From Octopus sinensis (taxonomy: Eukaryota), in contig NC_043020.1 of assembly GCF_006345805.1 (NCBI RefSeq), forward strand, positions 21,266,001 to 21,330,000: a DNA stretch of 64,000 bases, given 5' to 3'. The translations under genes were made by a program, and so were the position numbers. This document shows positions 38,371 to 50,177 of this stretch, piece after piece. The notes below the pieces were generated by a model. That model worked only from the letters and a program-made list of their open reading frames with translations. It did not search any database and was not told where the DNA came from. Numbering within the stretch: the first letter of the stretch is position 1; every line of letters starts with the position of its first letter.

Positions 38371-39169
38371 TAGGTGAGACAAGCTGACACTGAATTAACT
38401 TCACTGACTGACAGGGGATGGTCGTTTAGAGAATGCATGGGCTAAGACTACGTGCCTTCACTGGTCAGTTAAAGTTGAGACAGTGTCACATGACAACTTG
38501 CTGGGGCTGCCTGCTGGAGCCTAGTGGCAGGTATTTAAAGGAAGTCACCGGCTGACATTCGCTGATGCTACGTCGAAGAGGCCAGGGGACAGAAGAAAGA
38601 AGGAAGAAGACATGTACCCAATACCAGAGCTGAAGACACCTCTGAAAGTGGGGGCTCCACCACGTGAAAACGGTAGAGGAGTAGGGGCCAAAACCGGACG
38701 TGGTTCCTCCTGATGAAGTCTTGAGCTAACTGGATCCTATAAAGGAGCTGTTGTGGTAGCAGACCACGAAACACGGTTGTAATTCCTTCCTTATGTTATA
38801 TTCTTATAATAATATAAAAAAATATGATAAATAAGAAATATAAATTACATACAATTGTTTCAATTCTTACCCATAATAAAATTATAAAAATCCATTGTTT
38901 GTGGGCAAGAATCTCAATAGTGTAATTTTTTTTATATATGATGATTCACAGAGCCAAGGAAAGACTGAATTTAAATATATTTGTTTTTACACACACATAC
39001 ATACAAATATAGACAAATAAATGACAGAAAATGCAATTAATGAGATTCTTTATTCAAAACACTAATATTGTTTCAATGCATCCTTGCATCTGTACTTCAT
39101 AGGTGATTACATCATGGCAAAAGTTTTTCCCACTTTGTTCAAAGTAGAGTCGTAACTTTTTCAGCCTTT

Positions 39170-39680
39170 CATTTCTCTCTGGTCTCCACATGTCCTCTGC
39201 ATTAATAGCCCATGTTTCACTACCATGTAGTATAGCTGTTCACACACTAGCATCATTTTGTACTGTGTGGTGACCATAGTTGGGAGTGACTCAGGACATA
39301 TGACATCCAAAGGATCATCATGATTTCCTGTTCAGAATGAGACATTCTGAAAGTTCACAGGATCCAATTGCTAGCTGTCTGCTTTTTATTATCAACTTAG
39401 TAATCTGCATCTTGAAAGATGCATCATTACTCATGTCAATGTCCAGGTGATGCACTGATTTTGTTTCATAGATTGCAATCTCTCCTAGGCCAGGGTATTC
39501 TGTCTGCATTTCATTCAGGCTTGTGTCCTGGTAGAGCAGAGTTTGGAATTTTTCAGCATCAAACTGCATGTTATTGTCCTCAGCTCATCTGTATATTGCA
39601 TCCAATTCTTGTTGCAGGAGCACAATATTTTCTGGGTTCTGTATCTGAGAGATTTTTGTGTCATCCGCATGGCTAACAAG
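39170..39680 (-). mobile_element. Adjacent RTE (39170-39320) and CR1 (39330-39680) fragments
   Basis: HGSETWAINAED; MQFDAEKFQ..LDIDMSNDASF. Confidence 0.6.
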
Positions 39681-39724
39681 GATGGCTATATTTATATGAT
39701 AGACATATGGTAAACTTTTCTTAG

Positions 39725-39870
39725 TCTCTCTGTTTACCAAATCCACTCACAAGAGTTTGATTGGTCTTAGGTTATAGAAGAAAACACTTGCCCAAGGTTC
39801 TGCACAATAGAATTGAACCTGAAACTATGTGCCTGAGAAACAACCTTTTTAACCTCACACTCATGCTTGG
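39725..39870 (-). mobile_element. SINE B head fragment
   Basis: taccaaatccactcacaag...cttgcccaagg...gaacctgaaac. Confidence 0.65.
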
Positions 39871-40183
39871 GTCTATATGTAATATTATTTATGTATGAAG
39901 AATTCACTCATTGATTTATGAGTGTTTCTGTTGTTTGATCAATTCCCTGTGGCTGAGTATTCTATAGACCTTTGTGTACCCTTAACATAGTGCTCAGGTG
40001 CACTCAGCACAACACATTATAACTGCAGTAATGTTTATCACAACAGTTGCCATAGCAGCAACAACTATGACAACAATCAAAAATCGTATTACATACAGCA
40101 ACAATCACCATGGTAACTATGACAATAACAATGTTGACAGTCAGTGTAACAACAACAGCAACATGAATAAGAAGAACATTTAC

Positions 40184-40248
40184 CTTCTTTGGAGCAGTAC
40201 TACTCTTGGAAGTGGCCGTGTTGGAATGTGTTGGGGTGAAGCTGGATG
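40184..40248 (-). CDS. TRAPPC9: TRAPPC9 exon (65 nt): SSFTPTHSNTATSKSSTAPKK
   Basis: Strong acceptor (cttcttcccactttctatttttcag) and AAG|gtaaat donor. Phase 1 to 0 bridges the flanking exons. Protein similarity is weak (low-complexity linker). Confidence 0.68.
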
Positions 40249-41599
40249 CTGAAAAATAGAAAGTGGGAAGAAGTCAATACAGAAACAGATGGCTGATGAA
40301 ATTCAGGGTAGTTGCCTTTCTGAGGAGAACCAACTATGTAAGTGAATGGAGATATTTACAGCCAGCAATTGAAACCTGATCATTATATCACATCAAAGGA
40401 GGTGTAAGATAAAGTTTGTGGTTTGTTAGTCATGTCAGTAGCTATAAGTACTGGATGTATTATATCAATAAATCATATTCTAATCTTGATTTTTTCAGCT
40501 ATCAACACTGAGAGTCAGCTCAACACTTAGCTTGTCCAGTCTATGGGTTTGGGTCATAAGAACAAACATCACAAGATTGAACATGACAATGCTTACTTCA
40601 AAGGACCTAAAAATCAAAATACCAAAAGCCTGAAACACTGCTTTTGTAACACTGAATTTTGTAATATTTTAGGGGACATTTATTTACAGTTTATTTTAAA
40701 AAGTTTATTTTAGAAACATATTGTAATATATTTATTGTTTTTATTAAGCAATGTCAGAACAACTATTCTAGAATAAAAATGGCAGTTTTAAAATGGAATT
40801 TATTTGAGAAACACATACTTACTCTTTATATTATGCTACATCAGAATAATAATTTTTGGAGAAATTGGTCCTAAAAACATTATTTACAGTTTTATAACAA
40901 TTACTACTATTTTGATTATGCTATATTAAAATAACATACAAAATATAGCAAGCATGATTACTTACAAAGTAATAATAGTGATAATTTATTCTACTATAGG
41001 CACAAGGTCTGAAATTTTGAGAGGATGGAACAATCAATTACACTGAAACCAGTGTTCGACTGGTACGCTGCTAAGCATTAATGTCTAATGTGCTAATGAT
41101 TCAGTCAGCTCACCCACTTAATCATAATAGTAATAATCCTTTCAACTATAGGCACAAGGCTTGACATTTTTAGTGGTCAGGACTAATCGATTACATTGAC
41201 CTCAGTGTTTAACAGGTACTTAATTCATTGATCCCAAAAGAATGAAAAGCAAAGCTGACTTCAGTGAAATTTGAACTCAGAACATGAAGATGAACAAAAT
41301 GCTGCTAAGCGTTTTGTCCAATATGCTAATGATTCTGCCAGCTCACCACCTATGATGATGGTGATGATAATAATGGTTTCAATTTTTGGCACAAGGCTAG
41401 CAATTTTGGGTGAGGGGATAATTACATCAACCCCAAGATCCAATTGGTACTTATTTTGTCAATCCTGAAAGGATGAAAGATAGAGTTAACCTTGGTGGAA
41501 TCTGAACTCATAATGTATAAATGGATGAAATACTACTAAGTATTTTGCCTAGTGTGCTAATGATTCTGCCAGCTTGCTGCTTTAATAATAATAATAATA

Positions 41600-43244
41600 A
41601 TAAAAGATTGAACAACTTGAAAATGAAAGCAATGCAAGGGCGGCACCTCAGAGAAATCGAAGGGAAAGACAAAACCAACACCTGGAAGTAGCTAAGGATA
41701 AGTGATCTGAAAGGATGCATTGAAGCATTGATGTGCAGTGCTCTGAGAACTAATTACACCAATTTCCAAATAGGTAAGAATAGTTAGTTAGTTAGTTAGT
41801 TAGTTAATTTGGCTCAAAAGCAAATAGCAAGGCCATGTAGGGGGACATGGAGTTAAGTACAGGGTGGTGTTCATGTAAAGAGTTCAGGCCACTTGAGGTC
41901 CAAGGAGGCTTTGAACAAAGCGGTCGTCGGCATCTTCACCATCTCGTCTGGCAGCTTGTTCCACGGATCCGCAACCCGGACGGAGAAAGCTCCTCTCCTT
42001 CGATTGAGATGAAATCGTCGCAGGTAGAGCTTTTCGGAATGACCCCGCAGCCGACGCTCCGGAGCAGGAGTGAAGAACAGCTCTTTCGAGAGGTTACACT
42101 TCCCGCTTATGATGTTGTGGGCGAGAATGAGATCACCACGGCGGCGGTGTTTTTCAAGAGAATAAAGGTCGAGCGTCCTCAGCCTTTCTTCGTAGGACAA
42201 ATTTTTGAGACCATGAACCATGCGGGTAGCCAGCCTCTGGACTCTTTCGAGATGCTGTATGTCTTTGAGGAGATAAGAAGAGGCTTGAATCCCATACTCC
42301 AATATGGGTCTCACCAGCGTGACATAGAGTGGCAGGAATATGGCTGCTGTGAGCATTCCGAATGACCGTCGAATCAAAAACAGAATACCGCGTGCTATGT
42401 TGGCAGCATGGACGCACTGGGCCGAAGGCGAAAAGGAGGAATCCACCAAGATACCCAGGTCCTTTACCTGATCGGTCCTCTCCAGCAGCAGACGGCCCGG
42501 CTCGAAATCAAGTTGAGTTGCAGGAGTAGAGCCGACAGGCAGATGACAGCACTTTGACACGTTCAGACACAGGTCCCAATCGTTAGACCACTTCCAAATT
42601 TGGTGGAGGCATCGACGAAGATCCTCTATACTACCGCGAGGAATAGTGAATTATCCCTTTGTAGGATGTGCAGCAGCAAATATGAAACAGTCTCATATTT
42701 TGTGAGTGAGTGTAGTAAATTGGCTCAAAAAGAATAAAACAGGAGGTATGATAACATAGCTAGGTATGTCCATTGGAGGTTGTCTTATCTTGAAAGGATA
42801 TTGAAATGATATGAGCATAATGAGTCATCCAGTATGATTCAGTGATTGATGCTAGGAGGCCAAACATTGTTGTAGTTGACAAAATGATGAAGGAAACTGA
42901 TATCATAAACTTTGCCATACCTAGGGATGTATGGGTGGATGACAAAGAACTAGGAAAGATTGTAAACTACAAGCCACTAAAAGATGAGATCGCATGAATG
43001 TGGACAATGAAGAGGGTAATTATCATCCCAGTAGTTGTGGAGCATTGGAAGCATTTGTTGGAGAAATTGGGATTGACATGAAGGTCGAACATGCTCAGAA
43101 AAGTGATCTATTCGGGACAGCAAGGAGTTTTGAGATTATACTTGGATATTAAGTATTGTGAAAGGAGCTGTGAGAATCTTGACATTAGGTTGCTGTCTAC
43201 TCTCTGGAACAAGTAAAATCAAGTGCTCTGACTAATGAAATAGA

Positions 43245-43250
<6 letters not shown>
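41600..43250 (+). mobile_element. R4/Dong-type non-LTR retrotransposon 3' part, flanked by (TAA)n
   Basis: CRMC...ETVSYFVSECSKLAQKE..RYDNIARYVHW zinc knuckle; RPNIVVVDK, IPVVV, LFGTAR; (TAA)n on both sides. Confidence 0.8.
41784..42640 (-). mobile_element. Second copy of the young CR1 family, 5'-truncated, with TSD GAATAG
   Basis: Highly similar to 29690-30480; (CTAA)n tail; GAATAG at 41778-83 and 42641-46. Confidence 0.92.
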
Positions 43251-43283
<33 letters not shown>

Positions 43284-43629
43284 CGTTTCCACTATAGGCA
43301 CATGGTCTGGATTTTGTGGAGAGGGGGACAATCGATCACACCAACCCTAGTACTATACTGGTATTTAGTTCAGCGGCCCCAAAAAGATGAAAAGCAAAGT
43401 TGACGTTGGCGGAATTTGAACTCAGAATGTAGCAGCAGACGAAATACCATAAAGCATTTTGCTCAGTGTGTTAACATTTCTGCTAGCTCAGCGCCTTAAA
43501 TAATAATAATGATAATCCTTTTTACAATAGGCACAAGGGCTGAAATTGTGTGTGTGTGTGTGGGGGGGGGTAGTTGATTACATCGACCCCCAGTGTTTTA
43601 CTGGTACTTAATTTATCAACCCCAAAATA

Positions 43630-43850
43630 TACAAGTCTCTCACAATGCACCACATGTATCACCTAAAGACAGATGTAGATAGACTATACATCCCACAAAA
43701 AAAAAAAAAAAAGATGGAGAACATGAACTGATGCAGTTGTAACTGTCTCTAAAAGCAGCAACCAGAGAGTAAGACACCTATTTAAAGAACAACAATGACT
43801 GGCTGCTTAAACTTGCCTACAAGTATAAAACCAAGGGCAGCTTTGCTTTT
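43630..43850 (+). mobile_element. R4/Dong-type fragment
   Basis: HLKTDVDRLYIP...LSLKAA..YLKNNNDWLLKL. Confidence 0.55.
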
Positions 43851-44385
43851 GATCTTTTCAGGATCAATGTTATTCTGGCATAGCACAATAAAAGTAAAAA
43901 TGATGCAATAAACTCACTTTTAAAACCATTTTTCACTTTATTTTTTCCTAAAATATTTCAAAATTTGGTTTTTTGAAAATTGTTTTTCAAGTTTTCAGCA
44001 TTCTCATTTTTAGATCATTTGAATTCAGTCATGGCAAATTTGGTCTTAGGATCAGTACCCCCAAAATACAATCTCATGGAGCCATACTAACTATCAACAC
44101 AACATTTTTCACCTTCAACACCAATTCAGACTCTCTAACCACCCTAAACATCAGCTTATGAGCCAATAGGAAAGCCTTTATATGGTCACATGACTTGTTA
44201 GAAATAGCAGTTAGATCATCTTATCGCACCCTACTATCTTCAACAGAGGAAGAACACACTAGGGCTATTTACTTATAATGAAACTACTCCAAGAATTACC
44301 CTACATCACAACCTACACTTAATATCACTTGTACCTCAATCAATTTATATACCTCTTTATTCCACCTGACAAAAGGCCAATTCTA

Positions 44386-45668
44386 TCAGGTTGAATAAAA
44401 AGTAAGCAACGTTTTGAACCATGAAGAATTTGTACCAGATTTTTGCAGAGTTTTGAATTTTGTTAAAACATTTTTTTTGCAATCGTCTGATAATAGACAC
44501 AGACTTGCCCAAATGCATCACGAAATTAACTTTGATATCTTTTTCACCATTGTTACAACCGTCTGAATTGGAACTGTCAAAGGGCAATATTCAAGCAACT
44601 TTGCTATTCAACTTCAAAAAAGGACGTAAAGCAGCTGAAACTGCTTGCGATATCACTGAAACATTTGGTGAGGAATTGACCAGTGATTGGTCAGCTCAAA
44701 AATGGTTTAAACGATTTCACAGTGGAGACCTGAGCCTTGAAGAATGTGAGCATAGTGGACACCCATCTGCCATCCATGATGGTCAATTAAAGACCGTCAT
44801 TGAGAAAGTCTACGTAAAACCACTCGAGAACTGGCAAAAGAACTTCAAGTTAGCCAGAAAACTGCCTGCAACCATTTGCATGCGATTGGAAAATCAAAGA
44901 AGCTCAGCAAATGGGTATCATATGATTTGAATGAAAATCAGAAAATGTGCAGATATGAAATTTGCTTGTCATTTCTTCTCTGTAATCAGATCGATCCATT
45001 TCTCGATCATATTGCAACTTGCAATGAAAAGTGGATTCTGTACAATAATAAAAAACGTTCTCCACAATGGTTGGACCAAAATGAAGCACCAAAAAATCTT
45101 CCCTAAACCTGAGCTCTTCAAAAAGAAAGTTAAAGTGACTGTTTGGTGATGTACTGCTGGACTCATCCACTATAACTTCTTAAAACCCAGAAAAACTATT
45201 ACTGCAGAAACATACTGCCCTGAAATTGCCAAAATGAACAAAAAACTGCTACTCCTCCATCCTAGACTGGCCAAGAAGAGGGCCAATCATTCTTCATGAC
45301 AATGCTTCACCACACATATTACTAATGACACTCCAGAAGTTGAAGGAACTTGGCAACAAAGTTCTTCACCACCCAATTTATTCCCCAGAGCTTTCTCCTA
45401 CCAATTACTACTTTTTCAAGCACCTTGATGGTTTCCTGCAAGAGAAGGAGTTCAAAAATCAAACCAATGCTGAAAGTGCATTTAAAGAGTTGATCAGCTC
45501 CAGAACTCCAGATTTTTATGTTACCAGAATAAACAAACTTGTAATTCATTGGCAAAAGTGTATTGATTGTAATAGTACTTACTTTGATGAATAAAATTTT
45601 TACATTGTTGAAATATATTGTAATGAATTTCATGTTTCAAAATGTTGCTTACTTTTTACTCAGCCTGA
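44386..45668 (+). mobile_element. Full-length mariner (cecropia/Hsmar1-like), frameshifted transposase ~44570-45594
   Basis: TIRs TCAGG.TGA.TAAAAAGTAAGCAAC.TTTTGAA with TA TSDs; FKKGRKAAET, IATCNEKW, ILHDNA, YSPELSPTNYYFFKHLD, WQKCIDCN. Confidence 0.95.
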
Positions 45669-45707
45669 TATATCTTTCTTTACACAATAAATAACAAAGG
45701 TTCATAC

Positions 45708-45845
45708 CATCAGAGTAATCCAAGTCTGAATTGAAATAGTTATAACCATTAAGACTGACAGGGATATTAGTAGATTCATCAGGCTTTAGAGGAAGCTGGC
45801 AGTTAATAGCTTCCTGGTTCCATAGCACCACTTTTTGTAAAGCAC
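45708..45845 (-). CDS. TRAPPC9: TRAPPC9 exon (138 nt): ALQKVVLWNQEAINCQLPLKPDESTNIPVSLNGYNYFNSDLDYSD
   Basis: ttttacag acceptor, G|gtatga donor, phase 1 to 1; resembles human SWKLEETLAQFPLQPG. Confidence 0.85.
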
Positions 45846-46119
45846 CTGTAAAATGAAAAACAGAAATCTCAAGAAAAAGTAGACACTACAAAATCTTAAA
45901 GCATGATTAGATTTTTAATCTAATTCTTGGTATATATTGTTTTTACTATTGTTGACAAGTTTTAAAGATAACAGTAGTTATTGGGACTCCAAATTATCTA
46001 CAAACATCAACATCAGGGATGTCAAATTCATTTAGTTTCACAGGCCAAATTGAAGCATACACTAAATCTTGAGGGCTGGATAAGGACAATTATTCCTAAA
46101 ATATCTATTCATAATGTGC

Positions 46120-46355
46120 AGGTGGCACGTAAAAAACACCACTTGAGCGTGCCGTTGCCAGTACCGCCTGACTGGCACATAAAAGCACCCACTACACTCT
46201 CGGAGTCGTTGGCGTTAGGAAAGGCATCCAGCTGTAGAAACTCTGTCAGATCAGATTGGAGCCTGATGCAGCCATCTGCTTCACCAGTCCTCAGTCAAAG
46301 CGTCCAACCCATGCTAGCATGGAAAGCAGACGTTAATGATGATGATGATGATGAT
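46120..46355 (+). mobile_element. RTE 3' tail copy
   Basis: ggcgttaggaaaggcatccagctgta...gatgatgat. Confidence 0.8.
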
Positions 46356-46499
46356 AATGTAAGCTAAGTAGGTGGATAAAGAAATCAACATACATTATAA
46401 AACTGTATTAACAATAGAGAAAGTAAAGAATACAAGATGTTAACAAAGTTTGTATGCAAAGTTTTGTAGGAAAAATTCATCCATATGGTATACCACTAT

Positions 46500-47060
46500 C
46501 ATCATTTAATGTCCACTTTTCCATGCTTACATGGGTCAAATGGAATTTGTTGAAGCAGATTTTCTATCTGGATACCCTTCCTGTTGCCAAGTAAGGTAAT
46601 ATTTCCCATGTCAGACATGTTTTCCTTGGAAGACTGGAAACAAATAACATTGTTTGTATGATGGTGATGCTCATTTATAACCATTAGATGATATCAAGGC
46701 AAGGGTAGACAGACACACACATATATGTACATATATTTGTGTGTGTGTGTGTGTGTGTAAAAACACTAAAAGAGTTTGATCATAAATACAAGTGGTTGAA
46801 ATGGAGTTCCTCCGAAGGATCTCTGAAGTCACATTGCTTGAAAATCTGCATAGCTCAGAGATCAGAGTCTCTCCAGGTAAAGCTTCCACTTCCCTGCATT
46901 GAGATGTCATAGCTCTGCTACCATAGATATGTGATTAGAACGTCATAGGAAAGACAGCAGGAGACCTAGGGGTAGACCAAGAATGAGATGGTTGATAATA
47001 TTTTTTAGTCTCATAGTTTCAGTTGGTCTTGCCTGGGAATCCAGCTGGAAAGTTTAATGA
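46500..47060. mobile_element. RTE-tail-like short element (46500-46685, minus) and RTE ORF fragment (46770-47060, plus)
   Basis: tggatacccttcctgttgccaa; PRGRPRMRW. Confidence 0.5.
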
Positions 47061-47479
47061 TGGTTGCTTATAATAGGACTGAACTCTATGGAGGAAGCGC
47101 ATGAGGACTCTAACCCCATAACTCTCCCAGGAATAATGAGCAGAGATGGATGGAAACATGCACACACATAGAGAGAGAAACTCATAGTGCATAAAAGCAA
47201 ATGCAATTACACTGACAGACAAGAACCATCTGGTATGGCTGCCAAAACTGCTAGACCATGTGATTTTGCCCTACTATGAGCTCCTTAGTGACAGATGTCT
47301 AGCAGCAGCATGACAGCTAAATCTGTCAATGATATATAGAATATCAGTGTCTATTCATGCATTGGTGTTGCAAAAACCAGTGGACTTATTAAAAAAATAA
47401 TAATGACAGAATAAGTAAGTAAAATCCCTAGCTGGAGACCTGAGGGTGAGGTTTTCCTCTCAACTAATATGCTACTGTG

Positions 47480-47975
47480 GTGCTGCTGAATGATGGACTC
47501 TGGTGATGATGTTATTCCATGCTTTCTAATCTATGGTGCTGGCCTTAGTATGCTTGATGTCAAGGCACTGTGACTTCAGGTCTTCCTCAAATTGCTTTGC
47601 CTGTCTTCTTTGGTGTGCAATGCTGCATTCTTCAGTGTATGGGTTACTGCCGCCACAAAAGTTGGTTTTGTAGTCTTCCAGTCCTCATCCTGCTGATGTA
47701 GCCAAACTGCCATAGCCTGCGCTGCCAGACTCAGTCTTCAATGACCAGTGCTGCTGCTGGCATTGTTCTCAGATGTTGTTTGAGATTTGGTCACATGGAG
47801 AGACACCAAGAATCTGATGAGAACACTGCAAAGAACACCTTGAACTTGTTCAGGTCTTGTTTGAGGATTGTCCAAGTCTTGATACTGTAGAGAAGTACAG
47901 GCAGAACTAGCATGTGGAAAAGATGGATCTTGGTCCTGAGGGAGATGTTGGGCTTCTTCCAAAAATGCTGGCCTC
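47480..47975 (-). mobile_element. RTE LINE fragment
   Basis: LRTKIHLFHMLVLPVLLYSIKTWTI, RRLWQFGYISRM. Confidence 0.65.
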
Positions 47976-48134
47976 TTGCCAAAATTTGAAATTATTATTT
48001 TCAATGTTTATACCAACAATATACTTAGTATCTAGAGTTAGATCTGTATCTTTTAATAATAAATTCATCTTCAATACATATTTTTTACCATTCACATTTG
48101 TATCATTGTTCTTCTTTCTTTTATTCAGCTTTAC

Positions 48135-48528
48135 TCTTACTCTTTTACTGGTTTCAGTCATTTAATTGTGGCCATGCTGGAGCACCGCCTTTAGTCGAGC
48201 AAATCGACTCCAGGACTTATTCTTTGTAAGCCTAGTACTTATTCTATCGGTCCCTTTTGCTGAACTGCTAAGTTACGGGAACGTAAACACACCACCATTG
48301 GTTGACAAGCGATGTTGGGGAGACAAACACAGACACACAAACATATACTCACACACATACATATATACATATGATGGGCTTCCTTCAGTTTCCGTCTACC
48401 AAATCACTCACAAGGCTTTGGTTGGCCCGAGGCTATAGTAGAAGACACTTGCACAAGGTGCCACGCAGTGGGACTGAACCTGGAACCATGTGGTTGGTAA
48501 GCAAGCTACTTACCACACAGCCACGCCT
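48135..48528 (-). mobile_element. SINE family B, best-preserved copy
   Basis: Intact head (GGCTGTGTGGTAAG, GGTTCAGTCCC), GGCACCTTG..CAAGTGTCTTC core and (TTTTAC) tail. Confidence 0.88.
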
Positions 48529-48531
48529 TGA

Positions 48532-50165
48532 AAACGATTGTTTGATGCATTTACTTCTATCTTTATTATTATTACACTCACTATTAAGTTCTAACTTACC
48601 TAACGTTATTTCCAGAAATTTTATTATTATTTTCATTCTGGATATAGGAAATTTTGTTTTTATATCCAGTTTCAAATAATGCATAGTTATAGTAATTTTG
48701 ATTTTGTTTAAATATATCGTCATTAGCCAAAAGCCTCAAAATATGAGTAGATTTTTTTTAATGATAGAATTAGAGAATTAATTCCTGAATTAGAGAATGG
48801 ATTATATAGAGATGACACTCTACTCACTATTTATAGATCCAATAAGGTTAATTTAGAAGGGTCCAGAAAAAAAAATTCTTTGAACATACTATATCTAGAT
48901 TGAAATTGATTATACAAAGGTTACTTTCCTTGATGTCAATCTGGATTTAAGTACTAGACTATACCAACCTTATCATAAACCAAATAAGTGCTTAAGGTAT
49001 GTGAATAAAAAATTCTAATCATCCAAGAAGCATCATAAATTCTATCATTAAAAAAACAACTCATATTTTGAGGCTTTCGGTTAATGAGGATGTATTTAAG
49101 CAAATTCAAAATTACTACAACCATATATTATTTGAAGCTGGATATAAAAACAAAATTTCCTATATCCAGAATCAAAATAATAATAATAAAATTCCCAGAA
49201 ATGATAGAATATTCAATAAGATGGACCTTCAAAGTGAGTGTAATAAAAATAAATATAAGAATAGAAATAAATGAAGCAGGCAATCTTCTTTAACTAAGCT
49301 AAATAAAAGAAAGAAGAATAATGATACAAATATTGAACATGAATTCATTATTGAAAAGAATAGATGTAATGCTGTAGATAGTAAATATATAGTTGATATA
49401 AACTTTAATAATAATAATAGAAATAATATTTATAAACTTAATAAGAATTACAATAGGAAAAAATCCAAAATTAATAATGTTAATACTAAGAAAAGCATAT
49501 ATATATATATATATATATATAACAGAAAGAATATTATTTGGTATAATGCATTCACGTAATCAATAGCCACCAATATTTCTAAAAAATTCTTTGCTGCACT
49601 AGATAAGTATTTCCCACCTTCAAGTAAATATGGGAAATTATTTAATGGCCATAGTATAAAGTTTGTGTAATCAACCACTGCAAATTTAGCTGAGATTATA
49701 GCAGCACACAATAAACAGAAAATCAGGGAATATCTCAATTCAAAATCTATGAACAAGAGTAAAATCAATAATGTGTATTGTGAACTGCATTTCAATTCTT
49801 TAAGTAAAAGTAATTCTGATTCTAATAATACAGTTATGCTAACACCTAGTTTTAATATTAATTATAATATAATAATCCTGCTTTAACACCTAATTTTGAG
49901 AGGACTAGTAACAATTCTTTTAACCACAAGTACCAAATACAAGAGAATAATTGTCTGTGTAATTGTAAAAACAAATTTGTCTGCTCTTTAGAAAATCAGT
50001 GTTTAAGTAAAAATGTAGCCTATCAGTGTAAGGTAATAACAGGAGATTGTATTATTACATAGGTTCATCTGCTGCAATTTGGAAATCAAGATTTCATAAT
50101 CCTTCTCATTCATTTAAGTATAGAAGAAAAGCTAATTCTACAAATCCCAAATGCATTAGTAAATG
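48532..50165 (+). mobile_element. Penelope-like element (RT C-terminus + GIY-YIG) preceded by an inverted copy of its internal segment
   Basis: GLYRDD, TFLDVNL, NHP.SII, TNISKKFFAALDKYFPP, CNC...YYIG; 48532-48775 is the reverse complement of ~49038-49292. Confidence 0.8.
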
Positions 50166-50177
50166 CATTTGGGATTT

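Larger units (their letters stand above)
40975..43625 (-). repeat. Head-to-tail SINE A array (about 5 units) interrupted by a Dong/CR1 nest
   Basis: Units at ~40975, 41135, 41375, 43275 and 43515, separated by (TAA)n. Confidence 0.78.

Noticed and set aside
40597-40606. Possible 10-nt micro-exon (tttttag|GTCCTTTGAA|gtaagc)
   Set aside because: It would shift the frame between two exons that already join in phase, and I found no compensating exon.
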